From an uncultured Lachnospiraceae bacterium (lineage in GTDB: Bacteria; Bacillota; Clostridia; UBA1381): 64,000 nt of DNA. The stretch spans positions 880 to 64,879 of the forward strand of contig CAYMBZ010000003.1 in assembly GCA_964388835.1 (NCBI GenBank), in the 5' to 3' direction. Positions 35,375 through 45,526 of this stretch are shown piece after piece (within the stretch, counting starts at the first letter, position 1; every line of letters begins with the position of its first letter). Position numbers and translations under genes: made by a program. The notes beneath the pieces are model-generated. The model was not told the origin of the DNA. It was given only the letters and a program-made list of their open reading frames with translations, and did not search any database.

Positions 35375-37633
35375 TTAATTGTTTCGTGTCAGCTTACGGT
35401 ATGAGTTGGGTGTCATACCGGTATGCTTTTTAAAGATTCTGTAGAAAGTCTGCTGGCTTGAAAAACCACATTCGGTGTAGATATCCGATACAGTATCATC
35501 GGTGTGCGCAAGCAGATGCTTTGCTTTTGTAACCCTGAGATTTGTAACGTACTCGTGAAAGCCGATATTGCTATTTTGGCTTACAATTGACGAAACATAG
35601 GATGCATTGGTATTGAAAGTGTTTGCGATGAAGTCAAGGGACATTTCGGGCTTACAGTAGTTATCCTCGATGTATCGGACGATAGTGGTTGAAAAATCCT
35701 TGGATTCGGAGTCGGCAGCGTTATTTTTTATCCTTTCCAAAATCAAAAGGATTTCATTTTTTACGTCCTCAACGGGCTTTGAGAGAATATCGTTGAAAAT
35801 CTCAAAGTCGGTTTTGTTTTCATCTGTTTGAATTTTTTTTATTCGCATAGCACGCAGAATAACGCTGAGAATCTGCGTGTAAAGCTGTTTACGCGAGCGA
35901 ACGCTTATATCTGCGTTTGACACATCGATTTTCTTGAAAATTTCCAGTGCTCGGTCAATATTGGTACTGATAAGGGCACTGTAAAATTCATTTTCATCCG
36001 AATCCTTTAATATAAAGGTTATATCGTTCTTTTCAATAGTGTTAAAGGTAATCTTATCGGTTGGCTTTTCGGCAAGTTTTAAGTTGGAAAGTGCCTCTTT
36101 ATGCGCCTTTTTTAATCCCAAGAGGTCGTGATAAAAACGGCTTGTACCGGTGGAGAAATTAATAACCTCCATGTCATTTTCCAAATACTTGCAAAGTGTT
36201 TGGATTATTTCCTTAATTTTTTCTTCGTTATCCTGATGCTCTGCGTTCAGGATGATATACAACGTTTCGCGTTCACTGGACAGGACAAATGCGTCAAATT
36301 CGGTAAGGAACATATCCTTTACAATGGTATAAAATCCGCTCTCAATATTCGCGTACTGCGCTGATGTAAATTCGTTGTACAGGGACGATGTGGGCGAAAG
36401 CTGAACCACCACCACCGCAAAGAAATCATGCTTGAAAGGCAGTGATTGCTTGATTATATTCTGCGTATGTTCATCAATGGAATATTCCGTTGAGTTTAGG
36501 AAGGTGATAAGATATTTTTCCTGGGCGTATGGCAGAATATTCATAAGATTGACGTTGGAAGTTTTGAGTTGAAGCGCGATTTGTTCTATATTATTAATGT
36601 CAAGTTCACTGTCCGGCGTAATAATATCCGAAATTTTTCTAAACGGTGATATAAGCTTGTCGGTGCTCCTTAGTGCCACAAATACCGCAAGGAACAGAAA
36701 TAAAAGCGTTATGCCTGCCGAATACAGGAGAAGTGGGCGCAAAGCCGAAAATATATCGGAAATTGGTATAAGCGCGTAATAGGTGTAGCCGATAAAGCTG
36801 TTTGACGTAGAATATTTTACTACGGTTGCACTGCCGTTTTGTGGGGTTTTGATGTCAAACATCTGCTTATCCTGCATGAGCTTCATGTACATGCTGTCTG
36901 CGGCATCAAAAACCGAGGTCTCCTCCGAACCAAGGCTGAAAACGTTGCGAGTGTAGTTATTTAATATATACATGTGTGAATTTTTCGTCAGCGGCGTTTT
37001 TGCGCTTGTTTCGGTAAATGAAGAAATGTTCACATTCATAACAATGTAGCTTTTTCTGCGGCTTTCGTAAGGTGCGCGCAAAACAATCGGAATCACATTT
37101 GACGTGTTTCCGGCAAAAGAAAGCTTAGTGGGAAGCAGTATTCGGCTGTTTGTTGAGGTGTAAAACTCAAAGGTTTTCCAATAGCTGTGAGAATATGTTT
37201 CATATTTCATTGTATTTTCAAAGAAATATTCAAAATTGTACTTATTATTATCCATAATTACGGCAGAACGGTCGGTGTCTATTATGTAAATACTGTTTAC
37301 ATAGGATGATGACGCGCAAAGAGAGTTAAGTCTTGCGGAAATCGCGGAAATATCCTCCGATGTGCCGATGTAATTCTTTTCAACATATTCAGCTATTTCA
37401 CGTTCGTTATACAAAAATTCCGCCTGCTTTATTAAAGAAGAAAGTTTTTCTTCATTTAAAGCTGAAATTTGATTAAGGGAAGAAAGAGCATTGTTTTGCA
37501 GCTGTGACTTGTTATGGAAAAAGTTGACCGCAATAACCAAAATCAAGGACAGAGCGACAACCAGCGAAGGTATAATTATGGTAAAGAAAAAAGAACGATA
37601 TGCGCGATTTGAACGCGTATGCTGATTGAACAT
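35375..37633 (-). CDS. transmembrane one-component regulator with C-terminal AraC-type HTH (752 aa), locus 2
   Basis: Same architecture as 6706-8934: TM1 FFFTIIIPSLVVALSLILVIAVNFF, TM2 LLLYSAGITLLFLFLAVFVAL, and the C-terminal HTH ...ECGFSSQQTFYRIFKKHTGMTPNSYRK. Confidence 0.8.
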   Translation of the reverse strand: MFNQHTRSNRAYRSFFFTIIIPSLVVALSLILVIAVNFFHNKSQLQNNALSSLNQISALNEEKLSSLIKQAEFLYNEREIAEYVEKNYIGTSEDISAISARLNSLCASSSYVNSIYIIDTDRSAVIMDNNKYNFEYFFENTMKYETYSHSYWKTFEFYTSTNSRILLPTKLSFAGNTSNVIPIVLRAPYESRRKSYIVMNVNISSFTETSAKTPLTKNSHMYILNNYTRNVFSLGSEETSVFDAADSMYMKLMQDKQMFDIKTPQNGSATVVKYSTSNSFIGYTYYALIPISDIFSALRPLLLYSAGITLLFLFLAVFVALRSTDKLISPFRKISDIITPDSELDINNIEQIALQLKTSNVNLMNILPYAQEKYLITFLNSTEYSIDEHTQNIIKQSLPFKHDFFAVVVVQLSPTSSLYNEFTSAQYANIESGFYTIVKDMFLTEFDAFVLSSERETLYIILNAEHQDNEEKIKEIIQTLCKYLENDMEVINFSTGTSRFYHDLLGLKKAHKEALSNLKLAEKPTDKITFNTIEKNDITFILKDSDENEFYSALISTNIDRALEIFKKIDVSNADISVRSRKQLYTQILSVILRAMRIKKIQTDENKTDFEIFNDILSKPVEDVKNEILLILERIKNNAADSESKDFSTTIVRYIEDNYCKPEMSLDFIANTFNTNASYVSSIVSQNSNIGFHEYVTNLRVTKAKHLLAHTDDTVSDIYTECGFSSQQTFYRIFKKHTGMTPNSYRKLTRNN

Positions 37634-37790
37634 GCAGTATTACCTCCCGACTTTTGTAAATTTTAATGCGGAAATATCAAAAAAGGTTTAATTTTGACAA
37701 TTTTCCGCCTTTTGGAAAAATGATATATATGCATCAAAATCCATCTCAATAATAATATCATAAAAACGGTGATAAGTCAAGAAAAATAGC

Positions 37791-37798
37791 GGGGGGGG
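37791..37798. repeat. G8 homopolymer in the locus 2 control region
   Basis: Eight consecutive G residues counted directly, immediately upstream of the first AAATGAGA repeat. Confidence 0.95.
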
Positions 37799-37801
37799 TA
37801 G

Positions 37802-37899
37802 AAATGAGATAACTTCAAAAATTGGTAGTTAAAATTTCAAAAGAAATGAGAGAAAGTAAAAAAATGAGAATTTACAAAAGAAAAAGCGTGTGTCATAAT
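37802..37899 (+). promoter_or_regulatory. locus 2 control region: three AAATGAGA direct repeats plus a candidate promoter
   Basis: AAATGAGA occurs at 37802, 37844 and 37862. The last repeat abuts TTTACA (37871-37876), followed by a 17-nt spacer ending in TGT and then CATAAT (37894-37899). Confidence 0.4.
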
Positions 37900-37940
37900 G
37901 TTATTGTAAATAAATTGCGAAAAGCAAGGAGGATTTAATT

Positions 37941-39329
37941 ATGAAAAAATTACTCAAGGTTACAGCACTTGTTATGAGTGCGGTTCTTGCCACTTCGGCA
38001 CTTGCCGGCTGCGGCGGAAGCAAAACATCGAACGGAAAGGTTCAGCTTTCGGTAGGAAGTTGGCCGGATAAAACAACCGATGAAAATGGATATGCGGCAA
38101 GACAGGAAATTGTTGCCAAGTTTAATGAACAGTATCCCGATATTGAAATTATTCCGGATACATATGCTTTTTCGGCAGATACTTTCTATGCAAAGGCTGA
38201 GGGCGAAACACTTCCTGTTTTGTATGAGGTGCCTTATACCGAAGCTGAAAAAGTTATCAAATTCGGATATGCTTCCGATATTACCGACGGATTTAAAAAT
38301 GCGGGATTTTTTGATAATGTAAATGATTTCGTTATGGATAAAATTTCTTCCGACGGAAAGGTTTACCTGATTCCGAACTCGGTTTATACATTGGGTCTTG
38401 CAATGAACATGGAAATAATGAAGGAAGCGGGCTATGTTGAAGCGGACGGAACACCGAAAGCTCCGAAAACATTTGATGAGCTGACCGAAATGTCTGTCAA
38501 GATTAAAGAAAAAACAGGCAAGCCGGGATTCATTTTTCCGACAACAAACAATGCGGGCGGTTGGTACTTCACGGTTCTCGGTTGGAACTTTGGCGCGGAG
38601 TTCATGAAAGAAATCGACGGAAAGTGGACAGCAACTTTCGATTCCGAGGAATGTGTAAACGCTTTGCAGTGGCTGAAGGATATGAAGTGGAAATACAACA
38701 CTCTTCCGGAAACTACCCTTATCAACAATTCCGACCTTATGAACAACTTCGGAAGCGGAAATGCGGCAATGTGCTTTGCATCCCCGTCTTTCATAAATAT
38801 GTTCAACAGCCTCGGATTGGATAAGAACAGCATCGGATATTCAATCCTTCCGGCAGGTTCTAAGAGACATGTTACCATGATGGGCGGAAGCTATTTTGCA
38901 CTTGCAAACAATGCAACACCGGAGCAGATTGATGCCGCATTTAAGTGGCTTGAGTTCAATGGAACAACAATGAACTTGACAGATGAAATCAAGGAAAACA
39001 TCAGAAAAACATATCAATCAACGGCTGATGCGGACAGAATTGTCGGAATTAAGGACATCAATATCTGGAGCGATAATACAGAGTTCGTAAAATATAAGAA
39101 CGAAGTTATTGACGAGCTGAGCAATATCGAGCCGAACCATGTTAAACTTTACAACGACAAGGGAAGCATCGAGTTCCAGGGTGAAGAGCCGGTTTGCGCA
39201 CAGGATTTGTATGCGGCACTTGATTCCTGCATCCAGGAAGTTTTGACAAACAAAGATGCAGATTGTAAGACTGTTTTGGAAAAAGCAAATGCGGATTTCC
39301 AGAGAAACAGCCTTGATTACGAAAATTAA
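37941..39329 (+). CDS. extracellular solute-binding lipoprotein of a carbohydrate ABC transporter
   Basis: RBS AAGGAGG and lipobox LAGC (MKKLLKVTALVMSAVLATSALAGC). Collinear paralog of 9301-10704. Confidence 0.85.
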   Translation: MKKLLKVTALVMSAVLATSALAGCGGSKTSNGKVQLSVGSWPDKTTDENGYAARQEIVAKFNEQYPDIEIIPDTYAFSADTFYAKAEGETLPVLYEVPYTEAEKVIKFGYASDITDGFKNAGFFDNVNDFVMDKISSDGKVYLIPNSVYTLGLAMNMEIMKEAGYVEADGTPKAPKTFDELTEMSVKIKEKTGKPGFIFPTTNNAGGWYFTVLGWNFGAEFMKEIDGKWTATFDSEECVNALQWLKDMKWKYNTLPETTLINNSDLMNNFGSGNAAMCFASPSFINMFNSLGLDKNSIGYSILPAGSKRHVTMMGGSYFALANNATPEQIDAAFKWLEFNGTTMNLTDEIKENIRKTYQSTADADRIVGIKDINIWSDNTEFVKYKNEVIDELSNIEPNHVKLYNDKGSIEFQGEEPVCAQDLYAALDSCIQEVLTNKDADCKTVLEKANADFQRNSLDYEN

Positions 39330-39358
39330 TTAAAATTCATCGAAAGTAAGGAAATAAA

Positions 39359-40279
39359 ATGAAAATACGAGCAATAAAGACTAAAAAGAAGAAAAAACTG
39401 TTAGGCTTTACAGGTTCGGACGCGGGGGCGTGGCTGTTGCTGCTCCCCTTCGTTATCGGACTGATTGTATTCGGCATTATCCCAAAAGTTCAGGGAATAT
39501 ACTGGTCGTTTTTTAACATGAACGGTTATCAGGTAAAGGATTTTGTAGGTCTTGAAAACTATAAACGTGTTGTTACCGACACCGCGTTTGTGCAGACTCT
39601 CGGTAATACTTTTAAATATGTTTTCTGGTCGCTTATCTTGGGATACGGCTTGCCGATAGTTTTGGCGATTTTATTGAACGAAATGGTGAAATTCCGAAAT
39701 ACATTGAGAGTTTTTGTGTATTTCCCATGTATCTTGCCCGGAGTGGCAATCAGCATGCTCTGGTATTTTATGTATTATCCGGATGCAAGCGGACTTTTAA
39801 ACACACTGCTGTCTTATATAGGCGTTGAGCCTTATGTTTGGCTTCAGGATTCAAGGTGGACAATATTCTTTATTATATTAAGCTCAACATGGAGCGGTGC
39901 CGGCGGAACGGCAATTTATTACTTCTCGGCTTTGCAAGGCGTAAACCGTGAGCTGTATGAAGCGGCGCTGATTGACGGCGCAGGATTTTTCGCAAGATTG
40001 AGAACCGTAACATTCCCGCATATTTCGGGAATTGCACTGCTTTTTGTCGTAAGACAGATTATGTCGGTGTTCTCAATTATGGAACAGCCGATGCAGATGA
40101 CTGGCGGCGGCCCCAACAATGCATCGATGTCTTTGGGACTATTGTCGTACAGATACGGATTTGTTAACATTAAGCCGCAGCTTGCCATGGCTGTAGGTGT
40201 GATTATGTTCCTTATAATAGGTGTGGTTACTTGCTTCTATTATATATTGAATAAAAAAGTGGAAGAAAATCAGATGTAA
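39359..40279 (+). CDS. carbohydrate ABC transporter permease (MalF/LplB-like)
   Basis: EAA loop ELYEAALIDGAGFFARLRTVTFP. Paralog of 10719-11633. Confidence 0.9.
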   Translation: MKIRAIKTKKKKKLLGFTGSDAGAWLLLLPFVIGLIVFGIIPKVQGIYWSFFNMNGYQVKDFVGLENYKRVVTDTAFVQTLGNTFKYVFWSLILGYGLPIVLAILLNEMVKFRNTLRVFVYFPCILPGVAISMLWYFMYYPDASGLLNTLLSYIGVEPYVWLQDSRWTIFFIILSSTWSGAGGTAIYYFSALQGVNRELYEAALIDGAGFFARLRTVTFPHISGIALLFVVRQIMSVFSIMEQPMQMTGGGPNNASMSLGLLSYRYGFVNIKPQLAMAVGVIMFLIIGVVTCFYYILNKKVEENQM

Positions 40280-40294
40280 GGAGGTACGCGAAAA

Positions 40295-41170
40295 ATGAAA
40301 ATGTTTGAAAATATGGATAAAGGTGTACTGACTACATCGGATATGAAAAAGACGAAATACAAAATTTTATATTTCGCTATGTGCGCATGTATGTTTTTAT
40401 GGTGCTTGATAATTTTAATCCCGGTTGTGTGGCTTTGTCTTTCGGGATTTAAGGATGCTTCGGAAGTGTATTCCACATCCTCAAGCTTTTTTCCGAAAAC
40501 AATCAAGCTGTCAAAAATCATTGATGTGTGGAATGAGATGAAATACTATCAGTATTACATAAATACCTTTATATTTGCCGGCGGATGCGTTATTGCGGAT
40601 GTGGTGATTTCTGGTATTACGGGATACGTTTTCTCAAGACTTAAGCCAAAGGGAAGCAAGACGCTGTACAACATCTGTTTTGCACTTATGCTTCTTCCGG
40701 GAAATATGAGTACGGTGCCGGTTTATATGCTCATTAAAAATATGGGACTTTTAAACAGCTATGTTCCGATTTGGATGATGTCGGCAATAAATATATTTGA
40801 CGTGTTCCTCTTTAAGAGCTTCTTTGACGGAATATCCGAATCATTGATAGAGGCGGCAAAGATTGACGGTGCATCCAACATCAGAATTTTCTGGAAAATA
40901 ATTATACCGCTGTCTGTTCCTATATTTATAGTAGTTGCGGTATTTGCATTTAATGCACAGATGAGCTCATTCTTCTGGCCGTATTTGTTAATACAGGATG
41001 ACACAAAGACAGTTTTGGGTGTACAAATATACAAATTAAAAACATCGGCTTATACAATTGACTACCAGATGCTTGCACTTCTGTTCTCAATGATACCGCA
41101 GGTTATAATATTTGCGATTTTCCAGAAACAGATTGTCGGCGGAGTGAATGTCGGTGGAGTGAAAGGATAA
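40295..41170 (+). CDS. carbohydrate ABC transporter permease (MalG/LplC-like)
   Basis: EAA loop IEAAKIDGASNIRIFWKIIIP. Paralog of 11656-12540. Confidence 0.9.
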   Translation: MKMFENMDKGVLTTSDMKKTKYKILYFAMCACMFLWCLIILIPVVWLCLSGFKDASEVYSTSSSFFPKTIKLSKIIDVWNEMKYYQYYINTFIFAGGCVIADVVISGITGYVFSRLKPKGSKTLYNICFALMLLPGNMSTVPVYMLIKNMGLLNSYVPIWMMSAINIFDVFLFKSFFDGISESLIEAAKIDGASNIRIFWKIIIPLSVPIFIVVAVFAFNAQMSSFFWPYLLIQDDTKTVLGVQIYKLKTSAYTIDYQMLALLFSMIPQVIIFAIFQKQIVGGVNVGGVKG

Positions 41171-41174
41171 GATT

Positions 41175-42800
41175 ATGATTAAAAATGTGTTTACGAAATC
41201 AGCTTCCGCACTGCTTGCACTGAGCATGGCGGGAACGGCAACGGCTTTCGCGGATGCGGACAGCGTTTTTATCGGTAGCGGTAATATTGAAATTACCGAG
41301 GATTACGGAAGCAGACTTGCGGACAAAAAGATTACAATTTCCGTAACAGACGGAGATTATGACTACACCGATGCCGCAACGTGGAGTAATCCAAACAGCG
41401 CAAAAATTAAATATTTCGGTAACGGCGTAACGGATACCGACGGAAAAATCACATTTAATTTGAACCTGACGGATAACGGTATATATAATGTATATCTTGC
41501 CTGTGAGGGTGAGACCGAAATAAAGGAATACAGAATTGAGTATACCAACCAAGCAAACCACGAAGGTGCGCTTGCATTGTTTAATCAGTATTGTAAAGAC
41601 CGCGACGAGGCAAGTCTTAAGAGTCTTCTTGAATCACAAATTGAGGATTTGAGAGTTTATACGGACTTTAATGTAACGGCTGATTTCGGAAATGTGGCAA
41701 AGCTTGTAATAGCTCACAGAAACGGCTCGGCGGTTGCAATGAGCGGTGATGAAGCAAAGGGACTTTTGGAGGAAGCAATCTGCGCAGACGTCTTAAACAG
41801 CGGAGCAATGACCGATGTTGCGGCGGCGGAAGAATGGCTCGGTATGAAGAATGTGGGAGCTGAAAAATATTATAAAGCTTCAAATTCCGCGGCAATAACT
41901 TCCATGATGCGCACAAGTACAATCACAAGTATTTCGGATTATGAAAAGCGCTTGACCGAATCAATTTTGACAACCGCAATCAATACAAGTGACGGAACGG
42001 CGGTTATTCAAAATATTCTGACGGATTTCAAGACAAAGTACGGTATAACAAAAGCTATCACAAACAATTTGTGCTCGGCTATTGCAAATCATGGAAACTT
42101 CTCCGATTTTAACGCAGTTTTAAGCTTCGTTTCATCATATGTTGAGACAGGCTATACACCCGCAGGCGGAGGCGGAGGTGGCGGAAACGGAGGCGGCGGA
42201 AACGTTATAGCACCTCCTTCATCGTTACAGACAAATCAAAATGTTGAAACAACAATATTCGATGATGTACCGAAGGAACACTGGGCGGCAAATGCCATAA
42301 GAGAACTTTATTACAAGAGTATCGTTTCGGGAAAAACCGAGACTGAGTTCTGCCCGAACGACAATGTTAAGAGGGAAGAGTTTGTAAAAATGCTTGTTGA
42401 AGCGTTCGGCTTCAATCTGGTAAATGACGGATTTGAACTTGACGACGTTAAGTCGACCGATTGGTATTACGATTCGGTTAAAACGGCATATGCCGCAAGT
42501 ATCGTAACAGGTACATCGGAAACAACTTTCGGTGCGGGACAGCTCATAACAAGACAGGATATGTCGGTTATGATTAAGAATGCACTCGCTATGGCAGATA
42601 TAACGCTTGAAGCTAAGCAGGAAGCGATAGAATTTGCGGACGGCGGCAATATTGCCGGATACGCAAAAGAGGCTATTGAATACTTGCAGACGGCGCAGGT
42701 TATTTCCGGATATCCGGACAATACCTTTAACCCGACCGGTAATGCCACAAGAGCCGAGGCGGCAGGCATTATCTATCGACTTTTAGAGTACATAAAATAG
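41175..42800 (+). CDS. cell-wall-anchored protein: N-terminal beta-sandwich, helical region, poly-Gly linker, C-terminal triple SLH (541 aa)
   Basis: Signal peptide. The linker is AGGGGGGGNGGGGN. SLH repeats begin near 42255 (FDDVPKEHWAANAIRELYYKSIVSGKTETEFCPNDNVKREEFVKML; LDDVKSTDWYYDSVKTAYAASIVTG; a third follows). Paralog of 23484-25127. Confidence 0.8.
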   Translation: MIKNVFTKSASALLALSMAGTATAFADADSVFIGSGNIEITEDYGSRLADKKITISVTDGDYDYTDAATWSNPNSAKIKYFGNGVTDTDGKITFNLNLTDNGIYNVYLACEGETEIKEYRIEYTNQANHEGALALFNQYCKDRDEASLKSLLESQIEDLRVYTDFNVTADFGNVAKLVIAHRNGSAVAMSGDEAKGLLEEAICADVLNSGAMTDVAAAEEWLGMKNVGAEKYYKASNSAAITSMMRTSTITSISDYEKRLTESILTTAINTSDGTAVIQNILTDFKTKYGITKAITNNLCSAIANHGNFSDFNAVLSFVSSYVETGYTPAGGGGGGGNGGGGNVIAPPSSLQTNQNVETTIFDDVPKEHWAANAIRELYYKSIVSGKTETEFCPNDNVKREEFVKMLVEAFGFNLVNDGFELDDVKSTDWYYDSVKTAYAASIVTGTSETTFGAGQLITRQDMSVMIKNALAMADITLEAKQEAIEFADGGNIAGYAKEAIEYLQTAQVISGYPDNTFNPTGNATRAEAAGIIYRLLEYIK

Positions 42801-42815
42801 AAAGGATAACAGAGT

Positions 42816-45515
42816 ATGAAAAAAATATTAAGCTTGTTATTGTGCGTAAGCTTTATGTTTAGTTCAATCGCGGTGAGAGCAGAGGAAGAAGCCGTTGAGG
42901 CGGACTACAACACCAAGGAAATAACAATTCTGCGTGACATCGGAGTTCTTCCGGATGGAAACGAATATGAATTGGATAAAAAGGTAACCCGTGCGGAATT
43001 TGCCGATTATGTTGCGAAATTTTTCTGTGGTATCGCAGGTGAAAAGAGAAAGTATTATAAGGATGTTTCACTTGATTACTGGGCTTTGGACGGCATCAAT
43101 TACTTGGTTGAAGCCGGATATGTAACGGTCGGTGCAGACGCACAGTTTAATCCGGAAAGAACGATATCTCTTGCGGAAGCTTGTAAAATTCTTTTAAGCG
43201 CAACCGGATATGAGGTTGCCGCGGAAGCAAACGGCGGTTATCCCACAGGCTATGTTAATGTAGCAACGAGTGAAAAAATCGTTCCGCCGATTGAAAATAT
43301 GCAGGAGCTGAAGCTCAGCGAAGTAATCAAACTGATTTACAACGCGGCGGATATGGATATATATTCACGCGGATTTACCGTAACAGGCGGACATTACAAG
43401 AAACAAAAGGACGAAACCCTTTTCGCAAAATATCATGATATATATACAGAGGACGGTACTGCAACATCGGTGTATGGTGCAAACTTACCGGATTCGCCTA
43501 TTGCAAAAAGCGGAACCGCTTATATTGACAACACCGAATACAGCGTTGGCGAGGGTGTAATTTCAGACGATAATTTTGCTCAGTATTCGGAATATGTTTA
43601 CCGCGATAACGGTGATGACAATCTTGAGCTTTTGTACATAGCACCCAAAAAACAGCATGAGGAGATAAATATTCCATCAGACAACATAAAGGAATTTGAC
43701 GCCTCAACATATGCTTTAAAGTATTATTCAAACAGCGAAAAGACAAGACTTAAGAGTGAGGATTTGCCGAGAGGTATAACGGTTATATATAACGGAAGTC
43801 AGCATACAGAGGGTATTTCCACAATACTTGACAGCTTTGCGAACGGAACACGCCGCGGAAACCTCAGACTTATCGATATGGACCGTAACGGCGCATATGA
43901 TATAGCGGTAATCAAGAGCTATAAGGCAATGAATATCGGATATATCAATTCCGAACTGACGGAAATATACAATAAGGCAAACAAAAACGAAACCATCAAA
44001 ACAGATGATTATGATGTTGTACGTATGTTTGACGCCGAGGGCAATGAGACCGTTATGACAGCTTCTTTGCCGCAGGTAATAAGCGTTGCGGCTTCTGTTG
44101 ATAAAAAATATTTGGAAATCATTACCGTTTCCGAAACAAATACAGGTGTTTTGGGCATGCTTGATAAGGCTGAGAAGGTAATAGTATTTGATGGCGAAGA
44201 ATACAATTTAGACCCGCAGCTACTTAACGAAAATTATAAGAGCGGCGAAAAGTATTCCTTTAAGGTGGATAAATTCGGATATGTTGTATACTTCAGCGTG
44301 GACAGTGATTCATTTGTTGCGGGATATCTTACCAGAATCAAGCACACCGGAGATGACGGCGACATCCTCTTCAGAGTATTTGACGAAGCCGGCAAAATGC
44401 ATGAATATGCGTTGGCTGAAAAGGTAAGAATTGACGGTACTCCGAGAAAAACCGAGGAGCCGGCAACAATCTTTGATTCAATCCCGACAAGTTCCGGATT
44501 GTTGGGTCTTAACTATACGGAGCAGGACGGAGTTTATAAGGTAACCGTGGCAAGACAGATTATCCGCTATAAGCTGAATAATGAAGAAAAAATCAAGGAA
44601 ATCGATACATTCTATTGTGATACAAAAAGAGAGGACAAGGAAACCACATTAAGACGTATGCTGGACGGAAACACCTCATATGCGCTTAACTGGGGACTGC
44701 AATCCTTTGAGCTGACCGGAGTTATTTGGGACAGAGCAAAGACAGTATGCTTCCGTGTTCCGATGCCGGATTCGAACGGAAAGATTATAGTAAACGACAG
44801 AGAAATCGCGGATACCGATGATTTGTACTCAATCAATGAGAACTTTGACCATGATAAAAAATACTATCTTGAAGCATATTCTTATGACGGCGAGAACATG
44901 TGTGCCGATGTGTTGGTAAACAGAGCCGAGCCGCAGAAAGATGACTACAACGCGATTATTGTTGACAAAGTATCAACCGAGCTTAATTCGGATGATGAGC
45001 CGATTACAACAATTTCAGGTTACCAATCGGGCGGAGCGGTTAAGATGAAGGTAGACAGCGCTGTCTCGGTAAGCGGAATTAAGTGCGGAGATATCATCAG
45101 AATCTATAAAAACCAGGCTCTGGGCACAATAACCAAGCTAACAAAGGTTTTTGATGCGGAAACAAAGACATTTACAAATGCTCCGTCAACAAACAAAAAC
45201 TGGTATATATGTGCAAACCCGGCAAAACCGTCATATTCGGATTTGAGAAACCAGTATTTCAACCTCATTAACGGATATGCAAATAAGATTTCGGGAAGCG
45301 TAATGAGTCTGTCATATGAATACGGAAATACAAGTGATTTGACAATAATGGTTAAGGCGCCGGTAGTGGTTTACAATTCCGCAGAGCCTAAGAACAAAAT
45401 CACTGTGGGAAGTCTTGCGGATATCATGGATTACGAGCACACCGGCTTGAACTGTTCATTTGTTGTCGTACCTTCAAGTTCCGGCTCACCGTCTTGCATA
45501 TTTGTTTATAATTAA
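42816..45515 (+). CDS. N-terminally SLH-anchored large surface protein of unknown function (899 aa)
   Basis: Signal peptide and SLH-like repeats (VTRAEFADYVAKF, YKDVSLDYWALDGINYLVEAGYVTVGADAQFNPERTISLAEACKIL). Shares GGYPTGYVNVATSEKI and overall collinearity with the 856-aa and 855-aa proteins. Confidence 0.65.
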   Translation: MKKILSLLLCVSFMFSSIAVRAEEEAVEADYNTKEITILRDIGVLPDGNEYELDKKVTRAEFADYVAKFFCGIAGEKRKYYKDVSLDYWALDGINYLVEAGYVTVGADAQFNPERTISLAEACKILLSATGYEVAAEANGGYPTGYVNVATSEKIVPPIENMQELKLSEVIKLIYNAADMDIYSRGFTVTGGHYKKQKDETLFAKYHDIYTEDGTATSVYGANLPDSPIAKSGTAYIDNTEYSVGEGVISDDNFAQYSEYVYRDNGDDNLELLYIAPKKQHEEINIPSDNIKEFDASTYALKYYSNSEKTRLKSEDLPRGITVIYNGSQHTEGISTILDSFANGTRRGNLRLIDMDRNGAYDIAVIKSYKAMNIGYINSELTEIYNKANKNETIKTDDYDVVRMFDAEGNETVMTASLPQVISVAASVDKKYLEIITVSETNTGVLGMLDKAEKVIVFDGEEYNLDPQLLNENYKSGEKYSFKVDKFGYVVYFSVDSDSFVAGYLTRIKHTGDDGDILFRVFDEAGKMHEYALAEKVRIDGTPRKTEEPATIFDSIPTSSGLLGLNYTEQDGVYKVTVARQIIRYKLNNEEKIKEIDTFYCDTKREDKETTLRRMLDGNTSYALNWGLQSFELTGVIWDRAKTVCFRVPMPDSNGKIIVNDREIADTDDLYSINENFDHDKKYYLEAYSYDGENMCADVLVNRAEPQKDDYNAIIVDKVSTELNSDDEPITTISGYQSGGAVKMKVDSAVSVSGIKCGDIIRIYKNQALGTITKLTKVFDAETKTFTNAPSTNKNWYICANPAKPSYSDLRNQYFNLINGYANKISGSVMSLSYEYGNTSDLTIMVKAPVVVYNSAEPKNKITVGSLADIMDYEHTGLNCSFVVVPSSSGSPSCIFVYN

Positions 45516-45526
45516 GGAGACTAATA

